Positions 14,030 through 26,819 of a DNA stretch of 64,000 nt are shown piece after piece. The DNA comes from Adineta vaga (lineage: Eukaryota; Animalia; Rotifera): positions 3,162,001 to 3,226,000 of the forward strand of contig CP075497.1 in NCBI GenBank assembly GCA_021613535.1, in the 5' to 3' direction. Under the pieces are notes generated by a model. That model ran no database searches and was not told the DNA's origin. It saw only the letters and a list, made by a program, of their open reading frames with translations. The translations under genes and the position numbers were made by a program. Numbering within the stretch: position 1 is the first letter of the stretch; each line of letters opens with the position of its first letter.

Positions 14030-17000
14030 ATGATCAATAAATCAATGAATTTCTCAATCTTTTCTTTAATTCTTATATTTATTCTCAGTTTTGATCAGAA
14101 TGTTACTGCATCAAGTAAGTTCAAAACAAATCGATTAATCATATATTTATATTGTCTTCTTTCGATTCACTAGTAACAAAACGAGGCAATGAAGTATTTC
14201 AATTACTAAAAGAAACACGAGACAGAGTAAAACATGGCACACGTATGTATCGATGATTCATTTAACGAACAAAAGAAAAGAAAATGAATGGAATTTAATT
14301 TTTAGAATGTCTTCCACCATCAAAATATTTTGCTGGCTCATGTTATACATATATGCGAATGTTACCAGCAACATCATGGGAACGAGCATATAATAATTGT
14401 TTGTCATTACCAATGACAAAAGATGCTCGACTATTAGTGATTGATTCTGTTGCTGAATATGAATTTGTTGAACGTGAACTTATTGGACCGAAATCAGGAT
14501 CTGATAGTGTGTCAGTTTATGTTGGATTACGTAAAATCAATGGTAGTAAAATCAATAAATTCGTTTTGTTTTGATTGATATATTTTTCTCGTTCATTTTA
14601 GATGCATGGATTTGGACAAACGATGTACCATTAAAAGAAACTCCAATATATCGATTTTGGGTAGATAATAATAAAGATATTCTTGCGTATGATTGTGGTG
14701 TTCTTTGGCTTGCTCGAAATAAAAGTGTATTGACAGCAGCCGCATGTGCTGAACAAGCTTTACGACCATATGTTTGTAAACATAGTAAGTGATCTATTTT
14801 TGTGACAGGCAAAAAACAAAATAACAGAACATAATCATTTGTTTTTCTAGCCATTGATCGTTGTTATAATAATAGTGGTGGTTGTGGAAAATATGGAACA
14901 TGTATAAATTTACCACTGATCAATTCCTATAAATGTCAATGTCGATTTCTCTATAATGGAATTCGATGCGAAAAATGTAAGTGATTTAGTTCATTGAATA
15001 TTGTGAAGAAGAATTACAATATCTAAAAAATATAATTTAGGGAGTAGTCAAGGTTTACAAGCAATCATTGGTGGTATTATCATTGTAGTGGCATTAATTG
15101 CTTCCTATATCATTAATTTGGATCGATCAGGTGATCAGTGGTCTTTTCGAAAATCAACAGCTGAACATTATCAAGCGTAAGTTTTCGATTAAGTAACAAT
15201 GAACAAGTAATATAATAAAATTCCTTCTTATTCATTTGAATTTTAGTGCTTCATTTTACGGTCAAAGTCGTCCAACCTCATATATGCCCCGGTCACCGAA
15301 TGCGATTGATCGCGTCATATTCAATCCATGTTTACCTTCTCATGGTGAATTTTTTAATGCTTCAACTCCGAATGAAAAACGTTATCGACGTACTTCTTCT
15401 TCCTCAACTCCTCCACCAATTCCTCCACCTATTGGTCGTTCAATTGAACGTAAACATCGCTATTCATTTCGCCGTAGTGTACAAGAACTTCAAGTTACAT
15501 CTCATCTACGTAATTTAGTCATTAAACCAAAACGTTTAATCTTTATTGTTTTACCAATTGTTTTAACAATTATTATTTCGGTGATTATCATTCATGCAAG
15601 ATCATATATCAAAGAAAATATTATAAATGCATCTTATACAAATTCAACAAGATTATTTCAATTTTGTGCCCTATATGATAATAATTATTATGTAAATTTA
15701 GTTACATTACCAATTGCTGTTGCTATTATTCTATTAATTATAGTTAATGAAACACGTTCAAATTGTTGTCGATCAAATAAAGAAAAAAATGCTGAGAACT
15801 TTTCTATTTATACACCCATACCATATAATCCATTTTCGAAAGTCGGTCGTCTTGATACAATGATGCTATGTGGTATTGTTAGTCATGAAATTCTTCAAAT
15901 AATCGAAGAAATTTTTCTTAAAGCAACACAAATGAAATTGTTAACAATGCGTGGACCATTATTTGATCTTATTCGACAAATTGGTCTTGTAATTATCATT
16001 GGTTTACGTTATTATCCCATATATACCGTTGTTGAAATGGTTAATGCAAATATTCTCTATTATGCATTATGTGCATTGTATATGTGGATTGATTTAATAC
16101 TTCGAATTATTGAACAATCGTATTGTGTAAATATTGGACCATTGATAAAGACTTGGCATCGATTTCAACAATTTAAAAATGAAGTTTCAGCAAAATTGGC
16201 GACAAATTCATTGATGACAACAACGATGCTAATGAATTTCGATCATGATGAATCACGACCAGAAGGATGGAAAGGACATATTCAAAAAATAAGAGATCGA
16301 TTACCGCATCGAAAATTTCGAACATCATCAACAACAATATTTCCAGCCATTCAAGTAATTCATTCGTTGACATAGTTTCGATTTTCTTTTTATTCTAATT
16401 CGTTTTTCCTTTTATAGTCATTATCAATGAATACACATCCTACTCAATCATTAAATTGGTCATCAATCTATTTAAATTTTTCATCTATCACAGATCGTAA
16501 TGAATCTCAATCAACATTCGAACAATTTAATATCGATTCATCAATTATCGGTGTCTTGAAATATACGCCATATTATTTATGTTTAACATATATTTGTATT
16601 CGTTTAACTTATTTATTTTTCTCAAAACTTTACTATTTACTTCGTCATTGTAATCAAGATCCAACTAATTCTCAAAAACATTCATTAAAACATATCTATC
16701 ATGAACCAGATATCAATTCATTTTCTTCCTCATCTCAAAAATTATCCGTAGAATATCGTTATGTTCGTCATTTATTTCAAAAAACTCAACGTATATTAAT
16801 TGAAACAAATGAAAAACTTTCATTCATTAAATCTACACTTTATAAAATCTATCGTCCAAATAAATATTTTCATTATTCAAAACAAATTTTAAATATGTAT
16901 ATCATTGCATTTATGTTAACTTATTATTTAACATTTAATATTCTTCAAGCTGGTTTTTATATCATCGAAAAACTTTATAGTATATTCGCTATACCATTAA

Positions 17001-18219
17001 TTGTCTTGTCCGATGAACTTGATCTACCCCAACCTCAACCATTCAATTTAAAATATGAAATTATGATTGCTTGTTTTCTAACCGCTTTTATTTATTATAT
17101 GCAATTATTATGGGGAATGAAGAATTATCAAAAACATATGCTCGATAGTTATAAAGGTAAAATTGATTTGAATAGAAAAGAATTTTAAATTATGATTGAT
17201 GTGTTTTCTTTTTTAAGGAATTTTTATTGATATTCCACCGAGAACAGCATTTAAAAGTATACGATTGATATCAAAACATGCACATTATCCAGGCTATTGT
17301 CTTGCGTATCTTGGTTTTGCTTATATATCCATGGGAAATGTCATATTCGTAACAATTGTTGTCTTACGTGTGACTTTCAAACATCTCTATTTTGTTGAAC
17401 AAATTGTTAAAGTTCTCATACCAATATTGGTGATTTATTTATCTAAATTTATCTTAATGTGGTTTCTATCTCGAACATTTTTCATTCAAAAGTAAGTTAT
17501 TTTTGTATTAATAAATATTAGAATTGTAATTTTAAAATGAAAATTTCAGACATGGAAAAACGATGGCATTGAAAAATCTTCGTGCATTCTTTGTCTTTTC
17601 ATATTTCAATTTCTTCTTCGATTGTTTTCTTGGTTTTGTTTCGTGCAGTCTTCGTGTAACAAAAGCATCCATCGCTGCAATTATCTTTCTTCCACGATTA
17701 GATTATTGTATATTTGGACGGACATTAGAAAAACTTGATTCAGGTTTTATTTCATACGTTTCATTTATTCATATGGAATGTCTTCATACACATCCTGTAT
17801 TAATTTATTATTGTTCAATAGTCAATGAAAAAATTCTTCGACGTGAACAATATTATCAATCAATTAAACGTGAACTTCGTCATTCAGAAATGTATGCATA
17901 TAGACGTCGTCAACGTGCTATGTTTCGTTGGGCATTAGCTTATACATTAATACGAAATATTCAATTAGTACAATTGAGAAAATATCAAATCAATCATTTA
18001 CAATTACCATCAGCTGAAAGTTTTAATGAATTTTTAGAACGAAAATTTTTCAATCGTTTTCAATTACCAATAACAAAATTTTCCTTCACAAAAAGTCAAA
18101 CAAATTTACATTCTAATGGAACAATGAATTCGAATACAATTATTCGAAATCAAGCAACTGCCTGTACAACTCTATTATTAGATGGAGATGAACATGATGA
18201 TAGAAAACCATCATTTTAA
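14030..18219 (+). CDS. Signal peptide + C-type lectin-like domain + EGF + 2 TM fused to a STRA6/STRA6-like (RBP receptor family) multipass membrane protein; 10 exons, 1208 aa
   Basis: Exons 14030-14114, 14174-14242, 14306-14542, 14602-14784, 14851-14976, 15041-15176, 15247-16354, 16418-17156, 17218-17491 and 17550-18219 all splice GT-AG in frame (3627 nt). CTLD: CLPPSKYFAGSCY..SWERAYNNC..VYVGL..WIW..DCGVL..C..PYVC. EGF: CYNNSGGCGKYGTCINL..YKCQC..YNGIRCE. STRA6 C-terminus: PRLDYCIFGRTLEKLDSGF..HTHPVL..RWALAYTLIRN..LRK. Confidence 0.88.
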
Positions 18220-20335
18220 AACGGAATTCTTCCATGAATAAATCAGTCTTTCAATGAAAATAGACAAGAATTTGCTCAAAATGAACAGTTCCATCTAAGA
18301 AATAAAAACAGAAAAGTGTGTTTTGTTTTCATCTATTGCTTTTGATAGACAGTATTATCATGATAATTATTTCTACAAAACAGCTTGTGTGTTTTGTAGC
18401 ATTGTTGTTGTTTTTTTTTCATCATTTCTAGTTCGTTGTTTCTCCTTTGTATATAAAAACTTCTTTTTTCTTTTTTTCAGAACATTTTCCAAATCATTGT
18501 GTGAGAATGTCTATGTGTGAATTTTTTTTTCAATGTAGTCTATTTTTTGACAAAGAACAGATTTCAATAAAATACTTTGATATATTTGTAATATATCAGA
18601 TGTGATCTAAACATGAAATAATCTTTCTTGCTTGTCAGATGATTATTTATTCAATGATTTCAAAAATGATTCTTCATATGTCATTAATGATTCAATGAAA
18701 ATATGTATGCTTAATATTAGATGAATTTATTCGAAGAAAAAAGAGCCTATTTATGTATTCAATACCTGGAAGATATTATTTGTGCCAAACCTCTTGATAA
18801 TCAAGTATATTTTCTACTTGTAAAAATGAAAATGAAAAATTCGATTTGACAGACGGTTTCTTTCTTCTTTTTTTTTCATTTGTCGTTGCCAGATTCTTCG
18901 ACTTTGTTCGTTCTATCAAAGCCACAGTAAGCCCCTCGAATGCAAATAATACTATCGAATGAATAGGCGGAATTAATGATTTGAAAAAACGTAAGAAAAT
19001 TACCATAATCAAGTTGTTTTTCTTCGGTTCAATCATTTTTTATGACTCAAAACTTTTAATCTTTCTAGTTGAATTGATTTCATTCAGACAGAGAAGGATC
19101 AATTTTCTATGTTGTTGTTATTCAATATCTAACTATATTTCGTCTGTAATAAACATTGTTTTCACTTCGATTTAACCACGGCATCTGATATCTGACTGTG
19201 ATAAACCATTTCGACAGAGAGCAAAAAAGAATCTGTACTAAAACCACCTATTCTTACTGGTTATATTCAGAATGGTGAAGCTATTAAAAAATACTTCAAT
19301 CTATAAATGAAAGAAGAAAAAAAATGAAAGAAAAAGTAAAAGAATGGAAGAACTATTGGTTCAAGTATTCTTCGACAAACGACTGAAGCTTCCCTTCACT
19401 CAATATGGCTTCGAAAAACGAAATCGAATAAAAGAACGCAAGAATCGAAACAGCAGTTTGATATTTTAATATCCCTGGTCGAACAAAAAAAAACAACACG
19501 TAAGATACCATCAGTTGAATATACAATAAAAAAAGAAAGAAAACTACTGAAATAACAAGACAAAGGTTGCAAACATTAGTGACAATGGGGCATTTTTTTC
19601 GTATTAAAATAGAAACTAAGTGGATGTGTATGTAGATGTAAGTGGATGTAACTTTTGTTTCTCTTGTAGAAAAAAATTCAAAACGAAGAACAATTCGCAT
19701 CACTAATTATTTGACGTTTTAACTTCAACAAAAACACGACCGCTTATGGAAAGAATGGTTTTCATCAGATAGAAAATTAATGGTTTGTATCAGTAAATAT
19801 GTTACATTATCTTTTAGAAAATGAAAGTTATTTTAATGTCTTTTAGTATGAGTTGAGTGTCTGTATTCGTTTATTTTTTGTTTTATTGGACAAACGCTTC
19901 TTCTTGATATCTGCCTAAGATGAAAACAAGATATGGTTCTTCCATCGAAATGTCAGTTGGAAGGGACACAAAAAAATATTTAGCTTTAGATAAAATAGAC
20001 GAATACAAATAGAGATTCCGTAAGACCTTGATACAGACGATATTCTATTTCTTCGAAGGGGTCTCACAGAAGGAGAAGAATCAAAGAGAAAGAAACCGAG
20101 GGTATAGACTCATTCTCGAAGCAATTACAAGTGTGAAATGGATTAGACAGCCATCGAATAGCCTTCTACAGTTCGAGCGTACATAGACAGATACAGAACC
20201 GTATCGTCGTGGTATGTATATATTGTTGTTTGTTCTTTTTTTCTATTCATATATAACTATTACTAGACTCATTTCCTTCAAATAAGACTGTCTAACAATA
20301 TATACATATAGATATATATTTTACAATGTTTCCTC

Positions 20336-20411
20336 TAGTTTTTTTTCTTCTTCATTGATAGTTTTTTTTCTTCTTCATTGATAGTTTTTTTTCTTCTTCA
20401 TTGATAGTTTT
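20336..20411 (+). repeat. Tandem repeat, 3 x 23 bp (tagttttttttcttcttcattga)
   Basis: Three identical copies at 20336, 20359 and 20382 plus a partial fourth. Confidence 0.9.
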
Positions 20412-20463
20412 GGCTCTTTGAAAGAACAAGTTCATAGCCAGTTTGCCATTAATAAGGGCAACT

Positions 20464-22962
20464 ATGGCTGCACGAAATTATTTCGACCGTACACTACCAA
20501 GAAATAGTTTGGGCGGATTTTATACATCAGCATCATTGACGGACAATCGGGGTGCATATTCATTACCATCCAGAAGATTTGTATGTAAAATTTTCTTCGA
20601 AAGATCTTTCTTACATTTATGATCATCAAATTGATCTTATTTTATTCTTCATAGCACTAGTTGTACGTGTTTATTAGACATAAGTTTAGAGCGTATATGT
20701 ATATCGAAATCATTGTAGCAGAAAATAAAGAATGACTTGTCTTTCGATTGAGATCTATCTTTGTTATAGTAATATAAAAAAAGAAACCTTTTGTTTTAGC
20801 AAGTATGCGTAACAGTATATTGCACGAAATTGGAGATGTTTCTTCTTTTTTTTTACATAAAGTTTATCTCTTTGTCTTTTTTCTCTTTTGTTCTCTTTTC
20901 TCTATGTTATATATATATATATATATGTGTGCATAGAATGATTGACATAATGAATTTCTGTTTCATTTTTCTATTTTCAAATGATGTCATTTACTTAAAC
21001 TATAAAAAGCAAAGTAGAAATAATAATCATTGCAACAGTTCGTCATTTATAAAAGAATAATATAACCTCACTTTGTATGTATTTGATTGATTCGTTTGTT
21101 TGTTTTAGGGACAGCATTACCTACACGATACAAACCTTTATAGAGGCAAGGCCTTTTCTTCTTCTTCTTCTTCTTCTTCATTCTCTACTACCCAACCGCC
21201 GCATTCTTCTATAACTGCAGATTCCTATTCAGGACACGTTCGTGAACGTAGTATATCACTAACACGATCACCATCATTCTCTCAAATGTCTTCACCACAT
21301 TATCAATCATCTCTTGATCTCGTTGCAGCATCGTTGAAATGTGATGATTGTCGAACCAATGATGGTCTTTTTCAATGTTGTCATTGTGACCAACGTCTAT
21401 GTATTCAATGTTGTAATAAACATTATAAAAGTATTACTGTTGAACTTGAACGTTTGCATGAATTAAGTGACCGCCTTGTTGCCAAAATCTTACATGCTAA
21501 AAATGATCTTGAAAGACAAAAAAATGAAGCACTTGAACAATGTCATAAGTGGCGTGTCGATACAATTAATACAATTAATAAAGCACACACATTAATTGTG
21601 CAAACAGTTCATGATGAATATGAAACACTTGGAAAAGAATATGAATCCTTTGTTCAACAAGGCATGACACATATACATGTCGATCAAAATGAATTAATGC
21701 GTATGAAAAAAAGTAATTTAGGTTCATTATTATCAGCACCATCAACGGATGATTCAACGAATGCAATCGATACAATACGACGGCGTATTGAAACATTTGC
21801 GAAAACTGTTGATGAAACAGGAAAATTTTCTTTTCAAGTAAAATTACCTATATTTTATATTGATGATAGTCTTCGAGTTGAAACACGTTTTGGTGATGTA
21901 TCACGTAGTACAAGTGCAACATGGAAAAATGATGATACTATGCCAACTTCATTATCTAAAGATCGATGTGAAACTATTAAAACTCAAGAATCAAGAAATA
22001 ATACTGATGTTCCAACGGAAAAACCTGATAAAACCAATGATAATTCGTTGGACAATGATCAGAAAATAAAGCCAGATGTGGAGTCTTTACCTTTGATGGA
22101 AGAGTTTGTTGAAGATAAGAAATCTTTTGAAGATATTCAACCAAATGAAACTGAAATACTCTTAACTGATGATAAAAACGATATCATGGCAAATTCAAGT
22201 CCACAAATTATTGAAATATCTGACAAGTCAGATTTACAAGTAAGTTACACATAATACGATGAATATTTTTATTCTTGACATTTATCTATTGTCTTCTTCT
22301 TCTGCTAGGAATGTGATATGGAACCGTCATCAAGGAAATCCTATTCTTTACCTTCTTCTCCAAGAAAATCTGAATTAAATGATAAGAATGTTATATTACG
22401 TCCATCATCACGTTATGCACTTTCAGTTGAAAACAATGTTGAACTTCAACAACAACAATACTATTCTCCAACATCTTGTAGTGAAAATTATGATAATTCT
22501 CCTGCAACAACTATATCATCTCCGAATCGCTCATCACCCAATCCTCCTGATCATTCCTTAAGTGTTGCATTACATGACCCATCATTTAAAAGACGTTCCT
22601 GTCCCATTAATAATGGTTCAGGTACATTTCATAATCATCGTCATCAAAACTATTCATTTCCACGAAATACATCACCAAGTTTTCAAAACAATGATAATGA
22701 AGATGCATTTCGTAGTATTTCATATGTTCAATTAAAACGTGAACAAGATGGTTCACTCGAAGGTATTGCTATTCAAATAGAACAAAGTCAGCAAACGAAT
22801 GGTAAAGTACAACGACGTCGCACATGTATGGAATCATGTGGTGTACGACGACGTGCAACAATTTTACCACCTCGTTGTCCTTCATCAACTCGAGAACGGT
22901 CATCAAATGACCAATGTGGACTTAGTTATCGAAACAATTCAACTCCTGCTTCTATTAACTAG
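20464..22962 (+). CDS. B-box-like zinc finger plus coiled-coil protein (RING-less, TRIM-like) with Ser-rich disordered ends, 3 exons
   Basis: Exons 20464-20580, 21109-22239 and 22309-22962 are in frame. The motif CDDC..CCHCDQRLCIQCCNKH is followed by heptad-rich helices. Confidence 0.75.
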
Positions 22963-25085
22963 AAGAAATATTTAGATTTTTTTTCTCGTTCTGTTTCGAA
23001 ATCAAGCACAAATCTTTGCGCATAATTCTAATAACACTTCTAAACTAGTTGTTGTTAGTTCGATCCAACGGTCTGCTTTATATATACATATATTCTTTGT
23101 GTTTCTTTTTCTAATCACTAGAAGAAAATGCAATTCTTACTGAATACTGTCGTGAAAACTATATATACACGTACACATTTAATGTATTTTTTTCCCATGG
23201 ACGACGATAGTAGGTCATTTTATAACATCGAATTTCTTTTTTCTTTTCTCAATATCTTTAATTAATTTATAACAAAATAATTATATTTTCTTGTCAAACC
23301 TATTCGTTATTATAATTTTGATATATTGTTATGTATCAGTTTCTTTTTCAAATTATATATATATATATATATATATTCAATAGTTTTTGATAAGAATAAA
23401 TGATTTTTTAAGTGACAAACGTACTTGATTGAAGGGCGTTAAGCGAGATGTATGGCATTGGAAGTGAGATTTGATCAACAGGAAACATATTGTAATTTGA
23501 TTCGAGTTTTGAAAATGAAACGATGTTTAACAATAGAATTTATTTAGCATAAAGAAATATGTTCTTCAAATGACAAATAAAACTACTCGATAGTTGCTAG
23601 AATACTTACTGATCGTGTTTGATATAACAATAGACTTTTTGATGAAACATCACATTGTAATATAATTATTACTAAGAAACTATATTGTTCTTATTGAAAG
23701 AAAAGAACGAAAACAACAAAATGTTATTATGACAATGGAAAATGAACATTAGATGAGACTTTTTTTCTTTGTTTACATTATTCTATTGTATGATTTAATT
23801 ACTCTACATTATTTATAGATGGTTTGATTGATATAGCTGATAAAATTCCTGTGAGAATAATGTAGCAATTATCTAAAGTCGTGATCTACGTTTAATCATT
23901 CCCGTTTCTAATCAATATGACTGATAATTCTTATTGAACATCAAGAGATGTAGCTTCATGTACCATGAAATATTCACAATGACAAGCTATTTTTTTTCTG
24001 ATAAATAGAGACCGGAAGTTAAATGTCAATCGAACAATCGTATCTTGCGGTTTTTTTGGCGAAAGAAAAAGAAAATTCCTTTTCTTTTAATCAAACAACA
24101 ATGATTTATTATTATTAAATGAACATATGGAAGATTTGACAATGCTAGAATAATAAGCAATGGATAAAAGAATTGATTGAAAGATGACAAAAATGATCGT
24201 AATTACGTATTGCATCATCAGACATGATTCTTCTCAAGATCGATCGGATCAATCGAAAAGAAAGGAATCAGTAATATGTTCTTCATCAACAAGTATTAAC
24301 ACTTTTAATCGGATTATAGACGAAAATTTCCAATGATTCTCAATGATTTTTCTTTTTCTAAATAAACTCGATCAAATGAGTGCATAAACATCGTTTTTCT
24401 TTCTCTCTCTCTCTCTCTGTGTTCTAGATTCTTATTACGCTTCATGACAATATAAATACATTTCAGAAAGAGTATAGTACATTTTGTAATTTGTATTGTT
24501 ACAAACTACTGTGCTCATTAATATAACATCGTAACTTTATAATCGGAAATAAGTTGACATTATATTGGTTACAAGTTGTTTTCAAGGTTGAAATCTAGAT
24601 TTCCCTTTTTTTCCTTCTTCGACCTTTGTCGAATCCATGTTAGTTTTATTCAATTTACATAGAAAATATGCAAATGAAATTGATTTAAAAACCTACACAC
24701 ATGCCTACACAAGGTATTCAACGACTAATCTGAGTATTACTAATTATTGACATGGTTTTCGTCTGCTTTCTTTTCTTGAATAATCAACAAATTGAAGAAT
24801 ACATAAATATCAATTGAAAGAAACTTTATCAATCTTGATTTGTAGCATTTTTTTTCTTACTTTATAAAGATACCTTTTACTTTCTTTCTATTTTCCTTTT
24901 CTCCTTTCCTTTTCTACACATCGTACACGCGCACTACAGAAGTATTCGCCGTTTTTTTTTATAACAGAACAAAATTTAGAGTATGTGAAGGACGTTCGTC
25001 GCTTCTCCAAACCAATGTGTGCAGGCATATAGAAAAAACATCCCAGTTCCTTCATCCGTCAGTCGATGTTCTTCAGCGCGGTTGC

Positions 25086-25116
25086 ACACACACACACACA
25101 CACATAGAGAGAGAGA
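25086..25116 (+). repeat. (CA)n(GA)n compound microsatellite
   Basis: cacacacacacacacacacatagagagagag. Confidence 0.85.
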
Positions 25117-26819
25117 ACGCATGCGCATAACAAGAGAGACTGAAAGGAAAAAATGTCTTTGTTTTTGTTCTTGTGGCTTTGTTGCTACTGCGAGCTCTTC
25201 AGATGCTATTTGACAAAGAGAATACTATATAGACAAGAGCTGCCTAGTTGACTGTCTTCCATCACGGAAATCGCTTATGTCTAATATATTTGCACAATAA
25301 TTAATTGGTAAGTTAATAATCGACTGGTTTGTGTCTACAAAATGAAAAACATCTCATCTATTTTTGTCCTTCTAAATAGAAGAATTTCAAAACAATTTGT
25401 TTTTCTATACGAGAAAAGAAGAGAAAGACGCAGAATTGTTTTGTTCGATGAGTCAGTGTTATGACATCTAGTTAAAAAATGTATTTCGTATTTATATACA
25501 TGTATGTATGTATGCATGTCTGTATCTAGATTTATTATTATTTTTTCCTCGTTGATTTCCGTATGTTGACAACAGTATCTAGAGATCGATCAACAGATGC
25601 ATCAATAAAAATAGACAACTATAAATAACTAAATGTTCTGATGAATAATCTTTTATTATCGATTAGAAATGAAAATCGTCTCTAGCCATCCATCCGATGG
25701 GAATACTTCAGGTGTATCCTAAGATAATATTCGATTTGCATGACAACAACTGTTGTCAAACCGTTTAATTCTTACAATACGACCTTTTACTATTACCATA
25801 CTTATAATACATATATGAAAAAAAAAAGAATAGAATGTTGTATTTGCAATCCTTCATATCGAGGTGACGTAATAGCCATCAGCATCATACTACATCTGAC
25901 ACATAAATTAGTCAATTCCTTTTCCCAAAATCTCATCAGAAGTACAAGTGAGAAAAAGAATGATAGTGACAGTAAAGGCAACATCCATTTATATATGTAT
26001 GAATGCATGTGTAATGGTGTCTCGTGTCCCAGAATATTATATTTATTGACGAACGCCTAAATGGCGTCCGTCCTTGATTTGCAACTGTGTTATTTTTTTC
26101 CTGCTGGTGCACGTACTAGTATGTTCTTATGCAGTAGCTTAGAAGCACAGTGAGATACCTCATCCTATCTATCCTTTTCTCTATGGTATCTGTGATTATT
26201 AAGAGGATATGTCTATTATACTAAGAGAGTGCGTTTGATCTTTCGTCAAAGAAGTAAAGAGGAGGAAGAGGATGTTACTGCTTATGTTCTACATTTAGAT
26301 AGATTAATACATACGTTGACATGACAAGTGTTGAATTGCTTGTTTGAAATCATAAATATACAAATATCTAGATATTTGTATTATAAGGGTAGAAGAAAAA
26401 CTACTGACTGTCACTATTTGATTTTAATTTTGTCCATATGATTGCACAAGTGTTCCTTACCCTTTCATAGAATGGTAGCAATCGAGTGAAACTCGATCTA
26501 CTTAGGATCAGTCGTTGTGCTCGTTGCCAATATTTGTTTGCCACAAGTAAACTATTCACACATTAGATGTGAGAGTATACGATGCTTATTTTCTCGTTCT
26601 CTCTTTTTTCATCCACATTCTCTTTTCTTATGTCGATCCATTTATTTTTTGTGTGCTATTTTGCCATAGTTCATTACATGAAGAACTAGTCGTGTCATGT
26701 TCGTGTGCATTGCACATGCGATATGAGTGTTTAATGGTGTCAGTGAAGGTTGTCTGACTACTATATGCAAGGTAATAAGTTTCTCTATCATTTTTAGATA
26801 TAAAAAGAAAAGAAGAAAA

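Noticed and set aside
20336-20411. CRISPR-like array
   Set aside because: Direct tandem copies without spacers, in a eukaryotic context.
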